Of a stretch of DNA of 64,000 nt, positions 1 through 10,565 are shown piece after piece. The notes beneath the pieces were generated by a model. The model made no database searches. It was given only the letters and a program-made list of their open reading frames with translations, and was not told the origin of the DNA. Positions within the stretch are counted from its first letter, which is position 1. Every line of letters begins with the position of its first letter. Source of the DNA: Candidatus Parcubacteria bacterium (GTDB taxonomy: Bacteria; Patescibacteriota; Saccharimonadia; UBA4664; JBIOIQ01); NCBI GenBank assembly GCA_963718875.1, contig OY970378.1, forward strand, positions 388,631 through 452,630, read 5' to 3'. A program made the translations under genes and the position numbers.

Positions 1-10
1 GATTGAACCT

Positions 11-2884
11 ATGGATGATCTATTGGAGGGGTTAAATAGTGAGCAGCGCAGGGCAGTCGAGCACGACCAGGGGCCTTTGCTGGTAGTGGCGGGGGCTGGT
101 ACTGGCAAAACCCAGGTGATTACGCGTCGGATAGCTTGGTTGATAAAATCTGGAAAAGCCCAGCCAGGGCAGATTCTAGCCCTGACATTTACCGAAAAAG
201 CAGCAGCTGAGATGGAGCAGAGGATGGTGGAGTTACTTGGGTATCTCCACAATGTAGATTTACTGACTTTTAACGGCTTTGGCGATAACTTGATTAAGCG
301 CTTCGGTAGAGAAATAGGCTTGTCGTCTGACGCAATGTTGTTGTCAGAAATACAACGAAATATCCTGATTAGCGACAATATTGATAGTTTTAATATGGAT
401 TATTTTGCCCCGGTGAGCCGGCCAGACAAATACATAACCGAACTGTTGGCTTATTTTTCTAAACTTAAAAATGAGCTAGTGACATCGGATGAATATCTAA
501 AGCTGGCGCAGTCAATGCGAGACTTAATTAAAGATAAAGCCGATGAAATGGAAGCTAAAAAACAACTGGAATTAGCGGTGGCATTCAAGCGTTATACCGA
601 CATCTGCCGGGAGCAAAGTTTCCTCGACTATGATGACCAAATAAGTTTGGCCATTGAAATCTTAGAACGACGACCAAATGTGTTGCGACAGCTCCAATGG
701 GAGATTAAATATGTTTTAGTTGACGAATTTCAGGATACCAATCGCGCTCAAAACCGGTTGTTGGAGTTGCTGGCACAGGGTCATCATAACTTAATGGTGG
801 TGGGGGATGATGACCAGAGTATTTATAGGTTTAGAGGAGCGGCAATTTCTAATATTCTGGCTTTCAAAGAAAATTATCCTGAAGCTGGGCAAGTAGTGTT
901 GACGCAAAATTACCGTTCTAGCCAGGCGATTTTGGACTGGTCTTATCGGTTGATCCAGCATAATAATCCGGAACGGTTGGAGTTAAAAAACAAAATTGAT
1001 AAACAATTACACGCACAGTTTGAGGGGTTAGAGCCGGAAATTATTGCAAAAAGCGATTATGAATCTGAAATGGAGTGGATTACAAGTCACATAAAGACCC
1101 AACTTCGTTCGGGGACAGAGGCGTCAAATATGGCAGTTTTGGTGCGCAAAAATAGCCAAGGGCTGATTCTTAAAAGGGCCTTTGAGCGGGCTGGGTTGCC
1201 TTGCCGGCTAATTGGCCAGAGTCAAGATTTGTACGAGCAGGCCGAAATAAAATACTTGTTGTATTTTTTTCGGGTTTTGGCTAATCCAAATGATTCTGCC
1301 AGCCTTTATCATTTATTGGCTGGCGAGGTGTTTAATTTTGATATTCGTTTGCTAAGGTTGGCCGCGGATGTGGCAATGATGCGACATAAAAGTCTGGAAC
1401 AGGTCTTACGGGATGGTATGTATGAGGGTGAACCAGAGATTATGGCGGAGCTGGTTAAAAAGATTGATCATTGGAGGGACTTATTGCCGAACCGCAGCGT
1501 AGGTGAGGTGGGCTTTGATTTTTTGGAAACAACTGGTTATGTAAAGATGTTGGTGCGCGGAAGTGATGACGGCCGGCCGGAGTACATTTTAAAATTAAAC
1601 CACCTGAACCAATATTTTAAGACTTTGTTCGACTACGAAAAGATTGCGGTTGATAAGAGCGTGGTTGGATATGTAGATCATTTGGGTGGGTTGATGCGGG
1701 CAGGTGAAACTACCGATGCCAATGACGTGGACGTGTTGGCTGCAGAAGTGCAGATTATGACCGTCCATCGTTCGAAAGGCTTGGAGTTTGAGATAGTTTA
1801 TTTATTCGATTTAACGCGAGGAAACTTCCCGGCTCGCGATAGAGGAGGCGGTTTAGAACTACCACCGGGGTTGATTAAGTCTGTTGAAGGCGATGAAGAT
1901 TGGAATAAGCGCGAGGAGCGCCGCTTGATGTATGTGGCTATGACCAGGGCGAAGCGGTATTTAGCTATGACGTATTCGACTGACCACGGCGGGAAGTTGC
2001 CCCACAAACCGTCGGAGTTTTTGAGCGAGGCGGCGGGGGTTGAAATTGTGGCGCCAGATCGGATGGCGGCAACCGGACAAATTCAGCAAATCGAGATGTT
2101 TAAACCATCTGCTCATGGGATGGATTTGACTCCAAACTTTTGGCAAGATGGTTGGCTGGTTTTGGGAGTCCGGCAAATTGACGATTATTTAAAATGCCCG
2201 GCGGAGTTTAGATGGAAGCATATTTTGAAAGTGCCGGAGCGCCAAAGCGCAAATTTAGCTTATGGTAATTTGTTGCACTCACTGGTGGAGCACTTCCATA
2301 GGGTGCAAATGGGGGGAGGCAGCTTGGATTTGACGGAGTTATTGGATACGTTGGCGGCACAATGGCCAGTGGAAGGGTTTTTTTCGGTCGGAATTGAGGC
2401 ACGTAGCTTAGCGCAGGCAAAAAATGTTATAACGGCCTTCTATAATCGCGAAAGGCAACCCCCCAGACCGCCTCGGTCAGTGGAAGAGAGTTTTGCGGTT
2501 AAAGTGCCAGCAGCCAAGGTGATTATGAAGGGGCGCTACGATGCCGTTTTTGAAACAATCGATGGGGCTATTGAAATTTGCGATTATAAAACTGGCGGGT
2601 CGGGCCTAAGCGACGAGGAGTCGGTGGTGCGGCGGGCTAAAACTAGCGACCAGCTAACGATGTATGCGTTGGCGTGGCAATTGATGCATCAGGAGATACC
2701 CCAAAAACTGACTTTGGATTTTTTAGATCAAGGGTTGGTCGGGTCGGTAGGCAAAACCGCCAAGCAGCTTGAGGCGATGGAACAAAAAATTATCAAAGCG
2801 TCGGAAGGCATTCGTTCTGGAGACTTTGAACCCGGAAGCAGTTGTTTTAACTGTAGCCATACAAATTTGTATCAACAGCACTAA
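11..2884 (+). CDS. UvrD/PcrA-family SF1 helicase with C-terminal PD-(D/E)XK nuclease (AdnB/AddA-like)
   Basis: AGAGTGKT Walker A, VDEFQDTN, VGDDDQSIYRFRGA, TVHRSKGLEF, EERRLMYVAMTRAK; C-terminal GRYD...DYKTG nuclease motif, YLKCP...CFNC. Confidence 0.92.
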   Translation: MDDLLEGLNSEQRRAVEHDQGPLLVVAGAGTGKTQVITRRIAWLIKSGKAQPGQILALTFTEKAAAEMEQRMVELLGYLHNVDLLTFNGFGDNLIKRFGREIGLSSDAMLLSEIQRNILISDNIDSFNMDYFAPVSRPDKYITELLAYFSKLKNELVTSDEYLKLAQSMRDLIKDKADEMEAKKQLELAVAFKRYTDICREQSFLDYDDQISLAIEILERRPNVLRQLQWEIKYVLVDEFQDTNRAQNRLLELLAQGHHNLMVVGDDDQSIYRFRGAAISNILAFKENYPEAGQVVLTQNYRSSQAILDWSYRLIQHNNPERLELKNKIDKQLHAQFEGLEPEIIAKSDYESEMEWITSHIKTQLRSGTEASNMAVLVRKNSQGLILKRAFERAGLPCRLIGQSQDLYEQAEIKYLLYFFRVLANPNDSASLYHLLAGEVFNFDIRLLRLAADVAMMRHKSLEQVLRDGMYEGEPEIMAELVKKIDHWRDLLPNRSVGEVGFDFLETTGYVKMLVRGSDDGRPEYILKLNHLNQYFKTLFDYEKIAVDKSVVGYVDHLGGLMRAGETTDANDVDVLAAEVQIMTVHRSKGLEFEIVYLFDLTRGNFPARDRGGGLELPPGLIKSVEGDEDWNKREERRLMYVAMTRAKRYLAMTYSTDHGGKLPHKPSEFLSEAAGVEIVAPDRMAATGQIQQIEMFKPSAHGMDLTPNFWQDGWLVLGVRQIDDYLKCPAEFRWKHILKVPERQSANLAYGNLLHSLVEHFHRVQMGGGSLDLTELLDTLAAQWPVEGFFSVGIEARSLAQAKNVITAFYNRERQPPRPPRSVEESFAVKVPAAKVIMKGRYDAVFETIDGAIEICDYKTGGSGLSDEESVVRRAKTSDQLTMYALAWQLMHQEIPQKLTLDFLDQGLVGSVGKTAKQLEAMEQKIIKASEGIRSGDFEPGSSCFNCSHTNLYQQH

Positions 2885-2935
2885 AGCGGCTGGTAATAGA
2901 CGTTTTTATGCACCTATTATTGTTATAATAGTTAT

Positions 2936-3421
2936 ATGGTACGAGATGACACGTGGTTATACGAGCTGTTGGACAGTACATGGGACCAACATTTTGCCGA
3001 TGTACAACAAGATAATGATGTGCGAATTGTTTTTGGCCGGAAAACGAAGAATCGGTTGGGTTCAATCAGAGTTGATTCTAAAGACCCTCGCATAAGCATC
3101 ATTACTCTCAACGGCTTATTTAGAGATGAGCGGGTTCCAGAGTTTATTATAAAAGCTACCTTAGTGCATGAACTCTGCCATTATGCTCATGGGTTTAATT
3201 CCCCAATTGAGCAAAAATATCGTCACCCACATGCTGGTGGGGTGATGCGACGGGAGTTCGCTGAACGCGGTCTTGAGCAATTATGGCGGGATCAACGTAA
3301 ATGGCTTAAAGATAACTGGAGAAATGTTGTTGAATCTACTTTGCCAAAAAGAATGTATCAAAGCAGGATCGTAGCCAAAAGAACAACACGTGTACCAAAA
3401 CCCTTTTGGTTTATCGGATGA
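2936..3421 (+). CDS. SprT-like zinc metalloprotease
   Basis: HELCH HExxH motif, downstream HPHAGG, RLGSI; extended -10 TGTTATAAT 6 nt before ATG. Confidence 0.75.
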   Translation: MVRDDTWLYELLDSTWDQHFADVQQDNDVRIVFGRKTKNRLGSIRVDSKDPRISIITLNGLFRDERVPEFIIKATLVHELCHYAHGFNSPIEQKYRHPHAGGVMRREFAERGLEQLWRDQRKWLKDNWRNVVESTLPKRMYQSRIVAKRTTRVPKPFWFIG

Positions 3422-4062
3422 TAAAGACACCAGAATCTCCTAAGCTGTTGGTTGAGTTACAGGTTTGGGATAATGGTTCAGTTATAGAAGAAAGATTAGC
3501 GCAAGTAAGTATCGGTGAGCTTGAAATGGACAAGCGAGATCTTAAAAGTCTAGTAATAGATCAGTGCGCCATCAATCAAAGTACGTTTTCGTATGTTGCT
3601 ATGCGCAAGCTTGAACTGACCGATAGCGAGGTAAATGCTTGCGCATTTCTAGCTTGTGATCTAGCCGACTCAACTTGGATAAGAGTTAGTGTCCAAACTA
3701 GTCGACTAACTGGTTTGGATGTGTCGAACGGCGTGTTTAGAGATGTTTTGTTTAAGGAGTGTAAACTAAATGAAATAAACTTTCGAATGAGCAAGCTGAC
3801 GCGCTGTAAATTTATTGACTGCGACCTGACTGACAGTGATTTTTATGGCTCTACTCTGAGTAATGTAGTTTTTCAAAATAGTAATTTAACTCGGGCACAG
3901 TTTTCGGCCTGTAAGTCATCGATACTCGACTTACGAGGGTGCGAAATTACGGGACTCAACGGGCTACTCTCACTAAAAGGCGCATTGATTGATCAAAACC
4001 AAGCAATCACGTTGGGCGCAAGCTTGTTGCGAGAGGTTGGGATTAAAATAGAGGATAGTTAA
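3418..4062 (+). CDS. Pentapeptide repeat protein (Qnr/MfpA-like fold)
   Basis: Repeating xxLxx/xxFxx pentads (CDLTD SDFYG STLSN VVFQN SNLTR AQFSA); ATGA overlap with upstream stop. Confidence 0.85.
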   Translation: MIKTPESPKLLVELQVWDNGSVIEERLAQVSIGELEMDKRDLKSLVIDQCAINQSTFSYVAMRKLELTDSEVNACAFLACDLADSTWIRVSVQTSRLTGLDVSNGVFRDVLFKECKLNEINFRMSKLTRCKFIDCDLTDSDFYGSTLSNVVFQNSNLTRAQFSACKSSILDLRGCEITGLNGLLSLKGALIDQNQAITLGASLLREVGIKIEDS

Positions 4063-4107
4063 ATCCCGATCATGTTAGTTATTAAGCTTGTATGATACCT
4101 TTGAAAT

Positions 4108-4524
4108 ATGGAAAGAGTTGCAGATATTCATAAAGCTGGCGGCATCATTATACGTGATCGAAAGTTGTTAGTGGAGCGATCCATTGGAAAGCATTTTTTT
4201 ATTGCTCCTGGTGGGGCTATTGAGGCAGGCGAAACTTCCAAGCAAGCTTTGGTTCGTGAGCTTAAAGAAGAATTTTGTATAGATGTGAACGAAACAGATC
4301 TTGAAATTTTTGGCACATTTTATGCTCAAGCTGCTGGAGCAGAGGATAAAATCGTCAAGATGGATGTTTATATAGTAAGAAAGTGGCAAGGAGAACCTAG
4401 GGCTGATAGTGAGGTGGAAGAGATTCGATGGGTCGGTTCGCGTCCAGTTGAGGGGGTAAAAATAGGATCGATATTTGAGCACGATGTTTTGCCAAAACTA
4501 AAAGAGCTTGATCTAATAGATTAG
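4108..4524 (+). CDS. NUDIX hydrolase
   Basis: Nudix box GGAIEAGETSKQALVRELKEE. Confidence 0.9.
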   Translation: MERVADIHKAGGIIIRDRKLLVERSIGKHFFIAPGGAIEAGETSKQALVRELKEEFCIDVNETDLEIFGTFYAQAAGAEDKIVKMDVYIVRKWQGEPRADSEVEEIRWVGSRPVEGVKIGSIFEHDVLPKLKELDLID

Positions 4525-4621
4525 TACTAGTGTATTTTAAAACCACTCGTAGCAGTATAATCGCTAAGATCCGTGGGCAGCTAAATGAAAACTGAAAATT
4601 GCCGAATTGAAAATTGTATTA

Positions 4622-4697
4622 CGGGGTGTGGCGCAGTTGGTAGCGCGCAGCGTTCGGGACGCTGAGGTCGTGAGTTCGAGTCTCGCCACCCCGACCA
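4622..4697 (+). tRNA. tRNA-Pro(CGG)
   Basis: 76-nt cloverleaf, anticodon arm CAGCG-TTCGGGA-CGCTG, GTTCGA T-loop, encoded CCA. Confidence 0.97.
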
Positions 4698-4719
4698 TAT
4701 TGGACATTTTGAGCCTTTT

Positions 4720-5271
4720 CTAACTTGGAGAAGGCTGACGTGCTAGGAACTCTTTTCTTGCTTGTTCAGCAACCTTGAACATATCGGTCGGGTCGTTTAA
4801 GTAAGTTGGGTAATCCTTGCCATTTATCACTCGGTCAATAGAAGCTCCATCACTCAAGCCCTCTGTATTTACTGTAATCTCTGAGCCATCTTCTAAGATG
4901 GCAGTTATATCCATTGATTTATACCAACCAAATTCAATCATTTCCCACTCTGCAATTAAGGCTCGCTCTTGTAATGATAGTTGGTAGACACAACATGATA
5001 CCTCGCCACCTTTTGCAGGTCGTATAACATACGTTTCAAAATCACTTTCCTCTCCCCAGGCGTCTGCCATAATGGCTTTTGGTGACAATAGTACAGGTGC
5101 TGTAGGCGTAACTATGTCAGGTATTTGGTCAAAGCGTTGAACGCACAATTCCACATCTTTGAGAGTCGCTTGTTTGCCAACCAATCTGACATTGCCTGTT
5201 ATTGCTTTTAACATTTCAGGGTCACGATTAGCCCCGTAAGCTCCGTATAAGATTGTTCCGCTTTGATTCAT
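4720..5271 (-). CDS. Gamma-glutamylcyclotransferase-like protein
   Basis: N-terminal LYGAYGAN resembles the YFAYGSN GGCT motif. Confidence 0.55.
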   Translation of the reverse strand: MNQSGTILYGAYGANRDPEMLKAITGNVRLVGKQATLKDVELCVQRFDQIPDIVTPTAPVLLSPKAIMADAWGEESDFETYVIRPAKGGEVSCCVYQLSLQERALIAEWEMIEFGWYKSMDITAILEDGSEITVNTEGLSDGASIDRVINGKDYPTYLNDPTDMFKVAEQARKEFLARQPSPS

Positions 5272-5431
5272 ATTATTTATCTTATTTGGTTAGGGCAACG
5301 CAAGTAAAGCGTCAATGAGTTATCAAGGCGAACTTTTCTTAGCCAAGTCGGATCAGATAGCTCGGTACGAAGTTAAGTAACGGTTATGCTATGATAGTCA
5401 CATGGTGAGGGGAGTTAATTAGGACCTTGGA

Positions 5432-5794
5432 ATGCTTGTAGTAGAGCTAATTTACTGGTGGTATAGTAGCGGGTGGGTAAGCTTAGCTAAGCGCTTATTA
5501 GCTTTTATCACGATCATCTACCGCTATTTTTCAGTTTCACTGTTATCAAAAACTTTGTTTGTTCCTTGGAAACGGATCACCACATATGGTAGTCGCTCGC
5601 TAAATGAACGAATGAGGGCTTTGTTGGATAACTTGATATCGCGGTTGGTAGGTTTTAGCGTGCGAATTATGGTGTTGCTTGTGGCTATGCTTTTGATCCT
5701 GACAAGTTCCATCATGTCGCTAGCTGCTTTGGTCTTGTGGCCTTTGTTGCCAGTAGCGGTGCCACTTTTGGTAGTAAGGACATTTATGCCATGA
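5432..5794 (+). CDS. Membrane protein coupled to the Clp ATPase
   Basis: Hydrophobic helices, WWY and TLFVPWKR motifs; ATGA overlap with next gene. Confidence 0.75.
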   Translation: MLVVELIYWWYSSGWVSLAKRLLAFITIIYRYFSVSLLSKTLFVPWKRITTYGSRSLNERMRALLDNLISRLVGFSVRIMVLLVAMLLILTSSIMSLAALVLWPLLPVAVPLLVVRTFMP

Positions 5795-8199
5795 ACGCTA
5801 TCACTTTTAGCGAAAGTACAAGAGTAAAAAAAGCGCGCTTAGCGCAAAAGCTTAGATTATTCATGAATTTTGTGCCGGGGGCTGCAGGCTTGTTGATAGC
5901 TGGTGCGATATTTTTATACCTTAGTAGCAGTCGTTGGGCTAATGGGATACTAGCATTGGCATTAGGTCAATTAATTCTTTACTGGTGGTACTCATGGGAC
6001 CTGTCGGTACTGGAGGTTAAGGCAGGTGCTGGAGATAATAGTGGCTTGGTTTTAGATGATGTCGTGTCGGCAGACCTAGCGGCAGGGATGGTGTGGCCTA
6101 TAACGACAAGTCAAATGTGGGCCTTAGCTATTCATCAAGCGTCGGGTAAATTTATGGTTGAGCGTTTGGAGCTCGATTTGGCTGCAGCTGAGAATATTAT
6201 TTCAAGCTTAGAAACGCAGTCAGACCTCGTATGGCAAGAAGCCAGAAGTTTGCAGCTACAAGCAATGTTGTCAGCTTTGGACGCAGCCTGTTTGTTAACT
6301 GCTTTTCTAATAACAAATCCTGGTCTATTGGCTGCAGCAAGCCGTTCTTCTATACAAGCACAAGATGTTTTGGAGGCATTCCTATGGTACAGCAGAACTG
6401 TGCACGCAGTTGATGCCAAAAAACATCAAGTGAAGCTTGGTGGGGTGGGTAAAGATTGGGCTTCTGGCTACACACCGCTACTTAATCGCTATGCATACAA
6501 TATTAGTGCAGACATAGCACAGTCCAAATCCAGCTATTTCAATCTAGCTAGAAGCAAAACCTTGGATCAACTGATCACAGACCTGGGTAGAGCAGATAGA
6601 CACAATGTTATTATTGTTGGCGCTCAAGGAAGCGGAAAAACATCTTTGGTCTATGCCTTGGCGGAAAGAATGTTGTATATTAGTCAACAAAAATCAACTA
6701 TTGCGTTTCAAGTTATGGGTTTAAATCCGGCTTTGATAACTTCGTCTAGTCAGGTTCCGGGTGAGATTGAGCAGCTGTTATTAAATCTGCTCGGAGATGC
6801 TGTTCACGCCGGTAATGTACTGTTGTTTCTTGATGAGGCGCAGTTGTTTTTACAACGAGGGGTGGGAGCGCTCGATATTTCCCAACTGCTTTTGTCGGTG
6901 GTACAACAAACTTCCCTACGTATAGTGTTGGCATTAACACCTAGTGATTATCAAAACTTAGTCACAGTTAACTCGGCTTTGGCAGGACTATTTAATGTGG
7001 TTAATATGCCCGAGTTATCTCAACCCGAGGTAGTAGCGTTGTTGCAGGATCGCGCTATAAGCTTAGAAAGGGGTGGTAAAAAAGTGACATATCAAGCGCT
7101 ATCCACTGTATATAGACTGGCGGGACGTCATATTAATACTGAAGCGTTTCCAGGAAAAGCGATTAAATTGCTTGAAGACAGCTTTAACTATCCAGTCGGC
7201 ACGTTAATAACAGCGGCTTCTGTAGAAACCTGTATTGAACAAACTATGGGGATAAAGTCAGGTCCGGCGGGCGAGGAAGAAAAGCAGCAATTGTTAAATT
7301 TAGAAGATTTGCTGCATCAACGCATGATTAACCAGGCTCGGGCAGTCAGTGCTGTTTCAACGGCTTTACGACGCAATCGTGCAGGCGTTGGAAGCACTAA
7401 GCGGCCAGCTGGTAGCTTTTTATTCCTTGGTCCAACTGGAGTAGGTAAAACGGAACTTACTAAAGCTTTGGCAGAAGTCTATTTTGGTGGAGTTGACCAT
7501 GTTATTCGCCTGGATATGAGCGAATATCAACAAGCGGCTGATGTAACACGAATTTTATCGCCTAATACCCAGGGCCAGTCCGGCACAAATTTGTTGACAG
7601 GAGTTCGACGGGCACCTTTTAGTGTGGTGTTGCTTGATGAGCTAGAAAAGGCTCATCCCGATATCCTAAACTTACTACTTCAAATGCTTGATGAGGGGCA
7701 GCTAACGGACACAAGTGGGCAAGTGACTGATTTTAGAAATTGCATAATCATTGCTACCTCAAACGCAGGAGCAGATGCTATTAGACAGCACGTAGCTGCT
7801 GGCGAGGAGCTTGAAAAGTTTGAAAAGCAAATTATAGATGAGCTGATTGCTAGCCACCAATTTCGCCCCGAGCTGATTAACCGCTTTGATGAAGTAGTAC
7901 TTTTTAGGCCTTTGAACAAACCGGAATTAAAACAAGTGGCGGCTTTGCTTTTGAACGAAGTTAATTCTACACTGGCTACCCAAAATATTAGTGTGGAGCT
8001 TACAGACGTTGCAGTTGATTTTTTAATTGAAAAAGGCTACGATCCCCAGTTTGGTGCAAGGCCTTTACGTCGACTTATTCAACAAACTGTTCAAAATCGG
8101 GTGGCTGATGGGATTTTGAGGGGAGAATATGCTCCTGGAGCCAAGATCAATCTGGATAAATCGGATTTAGAGGCCGTTTCAACTTCAAGAAACGGCTAG
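5791..8199 (+). CDS. ClpA/ClpB-family AAA+ ATPase with N-terminal membrane segments
   Basis: GAQGSGKT/FLDE first AAA module; FLFLGPTGVGKTE, RLDMSEY, LLDELEKAHPD, FRPELINRFD, FGARPLRR second module; two N-terminal hydrophobic helices. Confidence 0.9.
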   Translation: MNAITFSESTRVKKARLAQKLRLFMNFVPGAAGLLIAGAIFLYLSSSRWANGILALALGQLILYWWYSWDLSVLEVKAGAGDNSGLVLDDVVSADLAAGMVWPITTSQMWALAIHQASGKFMVERLELDLAAAENIISSLETQSDLVWQEARSLQLQAMLSALDAACLLTAFLITNPGLLAAASRSSIQAQDVLEAFLWYSRTVHAVDAKKHQVKLGGVGKDWASGYTPLLNRYAYNISADIAQSKSSYFNLARSKTLDQLITDLGRADRHNVIIVGAQGSGKTSLVYALAERMLYISQQKSTIAFQVMGLNPALITSSSQVPGEIEQLLLNLLGDAVHAGNVLLFLDEAQLFLQRGVGALDISQLLLSVVQQTSLRIVLALTPSDYQNLVTVNSALAGLFNVVNMPELSQPEVVALLQDRAISLERGGKKVTYQALSTVYRLAGRHINTEAFPGKAIKLLEDSFNYPVGTLITAASVETCIEQTMGIKSGPAGEEEKQQLLNLEDLLHQRMINQARAVSAVSTALRRNRAGVGSTKRPAGSFLFLGPTGVGKTELTKALAEVYFGGVDHVIRLDMSEYQQAADVTRILSPNTQGQSGTNLLTGVRRAPFSVVLLDELEKAHPDILNLLLQMLDEGQLTDTSGQVTDFRNCIIIATSNAGADAIRQHVAAGEELEKFEKQIIDELIASHQFRPELINRFDEVVLFRPLNKPELKQVAALLLNEVNSTLATQNISVELTDVAVDFLIEKGYDPQFGARPLRRLIQQTVQNRVADGILRGEYAPGAKINLDKSDLEAVSTSRNG

Positions 8200-8267
8200 A
8201 TGGGCGCGTCACTTGCGTTTTTCAGATAACCTATGTCAGACTTATCTTATAAGTTAAGGGGTTAGGG

Positions 8268-9404
8268 TTGAAACAGCGGGCATATTTGGCGAGTCCATTC
8301 GGGTTTAGCGAAGGTGCCAAGTTATTTATGGAGCGAGTATATGTTCCGCGGTTGGCCGAGGTCGTTGATATTATTAATCCATGGCTTTTGACGAGTGATG
8401 CTGAGATTCATCAGTCTTTTCGTGATGGTAAGGTTGCAGAGTTTAGACATGAGATCGGCAAGCGAAACGCGGATGGAATACAGCGGGCTGATATTGTGAT
8501 TGCTGCTCTTGATGGGCAAGAGCTAGATAGCGGAACGGTGGCTGAGGTTGGGTATGCAGCTGGACTTGGTAAGCCGGTTTATGGTTATCGTAACGACATA
8601 CGTCAAGCAGGCGAGTTACAAGCGACGTTTAACCTGCAGGTGGAATATTTTATTCATTCATCTGGAGGTGTTATTGTTCAAAGTCTAGATGAGTTAGTGG
8701 CAGTAATGGCTAATTTAGATTCGTCTTTGCAAAATTCAGTTGCGCGGGGGCTGAGATCAGATCATGAAATAGAATCGACTGACTCAGACTTGAACGTTTC
8801 AGATAGTTTGCCAGGTTTAGCTGATTTTTTGTTTGAGGTTGGTATTTTAGCAAAGACACCCAGAAGTTTTACCTTTTTGCTAGGTAGCGGTCAGCAATCC
8901 GTGGCCGAACACATAAACAGAATGTCCTACGTGGGCTTAGTATTAGCAACTATGAATGGTGAGGCCGATGTGGGTAAGGTGATTGAAATGTGTTTGCTGC
9001 ATGATTTAGCAGAGGCGCGTACAAGTGACTTAAATTATGTCTACCAAAAGTACGTGGAATCAAATGAGGAGAAAGTTATAAGTGAGATTGCTGATTCTGT
9101 TAGCTTCGGTAAACGCATGCTGGCCGTTCTAAGGGAGTACAAGCAACGCGAAACCATTGAAGCAAAGCTTGCTAAAGACGCGGACAACATTGAGTTTATT
9201 CTCTCGCTCAAAGAACAGATCGACACCGGCAACACACGCGCCGAAACTTGGATGCCGCCGGCTTTGAAGCGTTTAAAAACGTCGGAAGGGCAAAGACTCG
9301 CTGAGGTTATTGTTAAGACAAGTTCGGATGACTGGTGGTTTGGGAATAAGGATGATGATTGGTGGATCAACCGGAAAGGGATGGATCATACAAAAAGATT
9401 CTAG
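8268..9404 (+). CDS. Nucleoside 2'-deoxyribosyltransferase-like domain fused to HD-domain (YfbR-like) phosphohydrolase
   Basis: N-term YLASPFGF...DSGTVAEVGYA...YRND; C-term SVAEH...LLHDLAEARTSD...KDAD. Confidence 0.8.
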   Translation: MKQRAYLASPFGFSEGAKLFMERVYVPRLAEVVDIINPWLLTSDAEIHQSFRDGKVAEFRHEIGKRNADGIQRADIVIAALDGQELDSGTVAEVGYAAGLGKPVYGYRNDIRQAGELQATFNLQVEYFIHSSGGVIVQSLDELVAVMANLDSSLQNSVARGLRSDHEIESTDSDLNVSDSLPGLADFLFEVGILAKTPRSFTFLLGSGQQSVAEHINRMSYVGLVLATMNGEADVGKVIEMCLLHDLAEARTSDLNYVYQKYVESNEEKVISEIADSVSFGKRMLAVLREYKQRETIEAKLAKDADNIEFILSLKEQIDTGNTRAETWMPPALKRLKTSEGQRLAEVIVKTSSDDWWFGNKDDDWWINRKGMDHTKRF

Positions 9405-9612
9405 ATGCAATAAAAATGCTAATTCACCGCATATTTTAATCTGTTAGCTTGATTTTATACATAAGTTTTACCGTAAAAATATATTTGCTTATGCTAGGTA
9501 GATAGCTAAGTAATTACTAATAACATTTGCTAAATTTGGGCCATCAACCAAAGGATTTGAACTGATAGTTCGGTAGTATCAAGACAAGTTGATTAATAAA
9601 TAGGAGGTAGGA

Positions 9613-9840
9613 GTGGCTGACTTTAACGACACACAAGAGTTACATAGTTTTGCTCGAGACTATGATAACTATCCTGATCTTGCAAGTAATATTGCCTTGG
9701 ACGCTCAAGATGCTGGGGAGCCGACGGAGGTGATAGGGTTTTTTGAATCTCTGGGCGACACTTACATTGAAGATCGTGATCAAGCAGAAAACATGATAGA
9801 GCAGCTTGAGGAGAAGCCTACAGACACGATGTCTATGTAG
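9613..9840 (+). CDS. Small acidic protein, possibly DUF2795-like
   Basis: AGGAGG SD, GTG start, own terminator; YP...AGEPTEVI..FESL pattern (family call weak). Confidence 0.55.
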   Translation: MADFNDTQELHSFARDYDNYPDLASNIALDAQDAGEPTEVIGFFESLGDTYIEDRDQAENMIEQLEEKPTDTMSM

Positions 9841-9852
9841 TTTGTATATGCA

Positions 9853-9889
9853 AAAAAAACAGCTTTGTAAAAAACGAGGCTGTTTTTTT
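9853..9889. terminator. Bidirectional intrinsic terminator
   Basis: AAAAAAACAGCTTTG...CGAGGCTGTTTTTTT between convergent genes. Confidence 0.75.
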
Positions 9890-10005
9890 GTCTAAAAATT
9901 TAAGTTTGCATCCCGGTCGATCTTATAAGCCATTTTATTTGCGAATAATCATATTTAATTGCGATAAAATTACTATTTAGATGATGTGTAAGGAGAAAGT
10001 AATTA

Positions 10006-10539
10006 TCATGATGTCTTTTTAAGATAAAAATTAATTGAATCATCAATAATTTTTAAAGTTTTGACTTTGGAGTTCTTGATATAAAGCATCGTCTTTAGTG
10101 CTTTGGCGGCTTCGGGTAGGTCCTCCACGACTACATCGCAAGTACTTGCCACAAATGGGTCAACATAGTTGTGATAAGTTTTTCCGAATAACTCTTTGGT
10201 GCTAGGTCTGAATTTTCCTCCTGTTGGTGCAATCCCAATCAAAAATTTATTGAAGTATTTGGCTATCAGCATCTCTTGAGAACCACCTACGCTTATATCG
10301 TTCGTAAGGTTTACGATGACTACATCGGCCTGGCTTATCAAATAGCAATCTCTGCCGAAAACTAGTTTTGATTCCGATTGATCAAGGTCAACACCAAGAT
10401 TGCTATTAGTAGGGTCAAGATTTATAACTGTTTCTCCTATGAGTTTTTGGAGATCTGTGCAAAATGCATCGCGCCAGTAGTGGGTGCCAAAAACTGACTC
10501 CTTAGAAATCTTTCCAGCCACATATACTTTTAATTCCAT
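10006..10539 (-). CDS. Nucleoside deoxyribosyltransferase-like protein
   Basis: KVYVAGK...ADVVIVNL...GGSQEMLIAKY NDT/TIR-like pattern. Confidence 0.6.
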   Translation of the reverse strand: MELKVYVAGKISKESVFGTHYWRDAFCTDLQKLIGETVINLDPTNSNLGVDLDQSESKLVFGRDCYLISQADVVIVNLTNDISVGGSQEMLIAKYFNKFLIGIAPTGGKFRPSTKELFGKTYHNYVDPFVASTCDVVVEDLPEAAKALKTMLYIKNSKVKTLKIIDDSINFYLKKTS

Positions 10540-10565
10540 AGCTTGATTGTACATCAAGGAGATGT

